DNA of 64,000 nucleotides from a virus (taxonomy: Duplodnaviria > Heunggongvirae > Uroviricota > Caudoviricetes): the IMG/VR virus record IMGVR_UViG_3300045988_158256, one strand, 5' to 3'. The position numbers were made by a program, and so were the translations under genes. A model generated the notes under the pieces. That model was given only the letters and a program-made list of their open reading frames with translations. It ran no database searches and was not told the DNA's origin. Shown piece after piece: positions 60,645 to 64,000 of this stretch. Numbering within the stretch: the first letter of the stretch is position 1; every line of letters starts with the position of its first letter.

Positions 60645-63621
60645 TATTTAGCTCCTTTGCCACACCTAATAACAGTTCCAGCAATCCGTCACCATTCATC
60701 AGTGATGCGGCAGCGGCCTCTTTGTCATGATACAACTGAAGAGCCATAGAGAATACTTCCGTTGCTGACGTTTTGGAAATAGTCGGTGATTTCTGCCGAA
60801 TTTTCCCGGTGTTACTTACTGAGGCTGGCGGGTATACCTTCGCCATATAAATATTACTCAATCGAGATCTGAAGCACCATTCAGGCTTGCCACGCCCACC
60901 GATATTGACGAAAGATGGCTTATCCCCTTCAACATTGGCCTTCAGGAATGACCGGGCTTTCTCTAACAAACCAGGGTTACTGTACTCAAGATGATGACCC
61001 AGCTCGTGCCACAGTGCACTTGCATTTTCATCGTTCAAATTGACAGCAACAACACCATTAAGATTTGCATATGCCCTTCCCTGGTGGTGAACTACCTTTG
61101 ATAAGGTCGATATTTTCCCGCCGGTCAGGCGATAAATATCAGCAAGTTCCTTGCGCAGGTCTATCCCACCATTCTGTCCAGCGCGGACTTCTTCCACTTC
61201 TTCTGTGATAAAAGAGTCGGCCCACTCAAGAGCTTTTTCTTCAGATACGGATGAGTTTGCGATCGCACTGTTCATGGCAGATAACACTTTCTCGTGGACC
61301 GAACCCATACTTCGCTGATTCATTTGCCAGCGTATCTGCGGGTTATATGAGAATCGCTTAAGTAGTTGGTCAAGCTGCTCAAGTTCTTCTTCACTGACAT
61401 ACTTTTTAGCCTCACCAATAATGCCAGGGAGAATATTGCCGTTAGGATTAAACGCTCGCGAAAGGAAGAGTTTCAGCGCCCCCATGCCCTCCGATGCTTC
61501 AATATCACCAATAACCCGGTTAACAATGGCCGCACTCTTCGGATTAGCATCCGCCAACGCTCTGGCTACGATTTGCAGGGACGATACGACCTCACGCTGC
61601 ATATCAGTCCTGATCTCATCAATAAACTCTGGCGTTATGCCGTGCTCTTTAAGAATATCCCGGCCTTCCGCCGTTACCCCATCGATATCACCGACATGTT
61701 TATTAACACGACTTTGCAATGCCTTAAATGCCTTCAGAATTCCACGGGCATCATCCGCTTTACTAACGGCCTTCCTGAATGCTGGCAAGAAGTCTGAGTT
61801 AACCTCATTTTGTTGATCGGCCCACTGAATGGAGGCTTCTTTCATCTCGTCCAGAGTCAGATCACCCAACGCGGTATGGTCTGTGAATATGAGCGACAAC
61901 CTCTGAACCATTTCTGCCAATGGTGATGCCGAATGCGCCGCGCTAAGGAATGCTTTCACCCTGGTTGGGCGAATGGAAAACCAGTCAATAGCTGGTGGCA
62001 TATCTCCGTTTTTTATCGCCTGCGCTATCTCGTCAAAGCCATCGCGCCCAAGGGAGGATGCGTGATTTAACAAGCCGCGAAGTAACGAATTGCTGATACC
62101 GAATAATCGGCACCATTTTTTCACGTCGGCAACAGGCATTCGAACAAAATGCGCAAGCACTTGTACAAGCTGTTCATCCTGGGGATCTGTGCGGGAAAGC
62201 AGCCTGATCAGATGAATAATGTCTTTGATGCCGGATGCCCGATGTAATAGCAAACTGGTATACGGAGCAACACCGTTGTAACTACCGCCGGAAACGGACT
62301 CGAAAAGACCGCCGGATATCCCTTGCATGCCTTCGTTTTCCAGTTCCTGAGACACCTGGCGAAGGATATCCTGTAACGACACATCACCACCGCCAAACAT
62401 ATCCCCCAGCGCCTGGCCCTGGTGCTGTAACTCATCATTGATACGTTGAGCCATCAATTTAAAGGCGGTGGCCATACGCTTCGCGCTACGGTTATTCGCG
62501 ACGATGAACAACGCGAGTGCTTTCACTTCCGGGGCCGTTTCGCTGAACATATCCCCCTGAGCAATAACATCGGTAATATGCTGGCCTGACTCCTTCGATT
62601 GCCTTACCAGGTCTACCGCATCTTTCAATGCCGCCAGCGCCTTTTTATCGAGGCTATCCGCTGTCTCAATGCCATCAACAATAGTTGTCACAGCCTGCTT
62701 GTGCGCTTCTCCTGATAAAGCCTGCATCTGGACAAAATCATTGGCTGCCGCATTAAGCGCCGTCAGAACATTACGCATATCCGGATCAGGTTCTTCTGCA
62801 ACCATCCTTACCAGGCGCGCATCCTTATATGCCTTGGCAAAGATCGCGTTTTGTATACGGTCTACAAGTTGCCGTGTTGGTCGCCCATCTTCAGTTACAA
62901 GGCCAGCCGCCTGTGTGGCACCAACTTGCGTCATAAATCCGCGAATAAACGCGTCATTACTGCGGCTAAGCAGATCTCCACTTTCTGACGGGTTAAACAA
63001 CGCCATCATCGCCGGTGTTATGCTGTCGGCATCAACAAAAGCCTTTTCACTGGCTGCCATTTCCTGGAGATCAGAAATATTTGAGTCCTTGGCAAACTGA
63101 ACACGGTCAACCTTAGTTAACCGGCGGCGCACCAGTACCGGAGCCGTCATTGATTCAACCTTTTCAGGAGGTATGCCGAATTCGGTCGCATGTTCAATCA
63201 GGTACTCACGATACCGATCCGCATTGCCGTCCTGATAGGCTTTGATGATCCCCATGGTCCGTCCATTACCTGACTCAACGGCATTGTCCTCACCAATTAT
63301 CGGCGCGCCATGGCTGGATAAACCGGAATCAGTAAGCTGAGCAGGCCGCAAATCTTTGGATATCTGGTTAACCTGAAGAAGGCTGGATGCGCGGGTCCGG
63401 TCGCGCGGTTGAAGTTCCTGGGGATAGTCAGGATTAATTTTCCCATCCAGAGTATTGGATACCAAAAGAGCTGAGGCATCGACGATATCAAACGCTGTTT
63501 TTACCTCGTCTCCCTTCGCTGTCACCACATACGAAACCCGCCCATAATCGGGCAGGTTCTTTAGCAGCTCGATCAGCGTTTCTATGCTGGTGGCCATTAC
63601 CACCTGATCGCTTAAGCTCAT
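60634..63621 (-). CDS. ddrB: large Dar-operon protein (DdrB-like)
   Basis: 995-aa ORF on darA-operon strand; name assigned by size and position only. Confidence 0.5.
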   Translation of the reverse strand: MSLSDQVVMATSIETLIELLKNLPDYGRVSYVVTAKGDEVKTAFDIVDASALLVSNTLDGKINPDYPQELQPRDRTRASSLLQVNQISKDLRPAQLTDSGLSSHGAPIIGEDNAVESGNGRTMGIIKAYQDGNADRYREYLIEHATEFGIPPEKVESMTAPVLVRRRLTKVDRVQFAKDSNISDLQEMAASEKAFVDADSITPAMMALFNPSESGDLLSRSNDAFIRGFMTQVGATQAAGLVTEDGRPTRQLVDRIQNAIFAKAYKDARLVRMVAEEPDPDMRNVLTALNAAANDFVQMQALSGEAHKQAVTTIVDGIETADSLDKKALAALKDAVDLVRQSKESGQHITDVIAQGDMFSETAPEVKALALFIVANNRSAKRMATAFKLMAQRINDELQHQGQALGDMFGGGDVSLQDILRQVSQELENEGMQGISGGLFESVSGGSYNGVAPYTSLLLHRASGIKDIIHLIRLLSRTDPQDEQLVQVLAHFVRMPVADVKKWCRLFGISNSLLRGLLNHASSLGRDGFDEIAQAIKNGDMPPAIDWFSIRPTRVKAFLSAAHSASPLAEMVQRLSLIFTDHTALGDLTLDEMKEASIQWADQQNEVNSDFLPAFRKAVSKADDARGILKAFKALQSRVNKHVGDIDGVTAEGRDILKEHGITPEFIDEIRTDMQREVVSSLQIVARALADANPKSAAIVNRVIGDIEASEGMGALKLFLSRAFNPNGNILPGIIGEAKKYVSEEELEQLDQLLKRFSYNPQIRWQMNQRSMGSVHEKVLSAMNSAIANSSVSEEKALEWADSFITEEVEEVRAGQNGGIDLRKELADIYRLTGGKISTLSKVVHHQGRAYANLNGVVAVNLNDENASALWHELGHHLEYSNPGLLEKARSFLKANVEGDKPSFVNIGGRGKPEWCFRSRLSNIYMAKVYPPASVSNTGKIRQKSPTISKTSATEVFSMALQLYHDKEAAAASLMNGDGLLELLLGVAKELNNAD

Positions 63622-63630
63622 CCCTGTTAC

Positions 63631-64000
63631 GCCTTATCCAATGTGCCGCCCCCTACGCTCCTCATAGTGGGGATATAAGGCACAGTTTTCCTCCCGGCTA
63701 TTTTTGCTTAAAATAGTGACATGAAACAACAGGTGTCATTCAAATTCCGGTTAAAACCAGATGGTCAACAGGAGCGTCAAATGAGGCGCTTTGCCGGAGC
63801 TTGTCGTTTCGTTTTCAACCGTGCTCTGGCGCTTCAGAATGAGAATCATGAGGCCGGTAAAAAATACATCCCTTACACGAAAATGGCTTCCTGGTTGGTT
63901 GAGTGGAAAAAAGACACTGAAACCGAATGGCTTAAAGATTCTCCCTCACAGCCATTGCAACAGTCACTGAAAGACCTTGAGCGGGCTTACAAAAACTTCT
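63631..64000 (+). mobile_element. IS200/IS605-family element, left end and 5-prime part (truncated by window)
   Basis: Starts just 3-prime of TTAC (63627-63630); imperfect subterminal hairpin CCCCTACGCTCCTCATAGTGGGG; TnpB ORF from 63721. Confidence 0.65.
63721..64000 (+). CDS. tnpB: TnpB (RNA-guided nuclease, IS200/IS605 accessory protein), N-terminal fragment
   Basis: MKQQVSFKFRLKPDGQQERQMRRFAGACRFVFNRALAL ... LQQSLKDLERAYKNF aligns with TnpB/OrfB N-terminus; open to window end. Confidence 0.75.
   Translation, partial: MKQQVSFKFRLKPDGQQERQMRRFAGACRFVFNRALALQNENHEAGKKYIPYTKMASWLVEWKKDTETEWLKDSPSQPLQQSLKDLERAYKNF

Overview
The window is a ~64-kb stretch of a P1-like (Punavirus-type) temperate phage-plasmid, read directly from the sequence and the ORF track; no database search was possible. 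Hallmarks: an exact loxP site with a 343-aa Cre, C1 repressor with Coi and many copies of the 17-bp C1 operator (ATTGCTCTAATAAATTT), Phd/Doc, HumD behind a LexA box, Lpa-PacA-PacB with the TGATCA-hexamer pac site inside pacA, the 2255-aa DarB with upstream Ulx/Lxc, portal/protease/lysozyme/SSB, ParA/ParB with a parS fragment, an iteron replicon with RepA, RdgC homologue, bifunctional Dmt methyltransferase, three tRNAs and the Ban helicase. Gene names are from recall of P1 biology plus motifs. No single clear novel defence system stands out; the best candidates for non-backbone or undescribed content are: (1) a T5orf172/GIY-YIG-like gene with its own terminator wedged between the RepA iterons and parAB; (2) a family of covarying hairpin RNA-like elements around the tRNA genes; (3) a C1-operator-bounded operon encoding a VRR-NUC nuclease, two overlapping paralogues, a Ser/Thr phosphatase and a DxD protein; (4) a DUF2829 (Tad2-like) domain fused to an unknown N-terminal domain; (5) an IS200/IS605-type TnpB element inserted 3-prime of TTAC just upstream of the ddrB-like gene; (6) an icd/ant-like immunity module beside c1, and no type III res/mod genes between mat and lxc.
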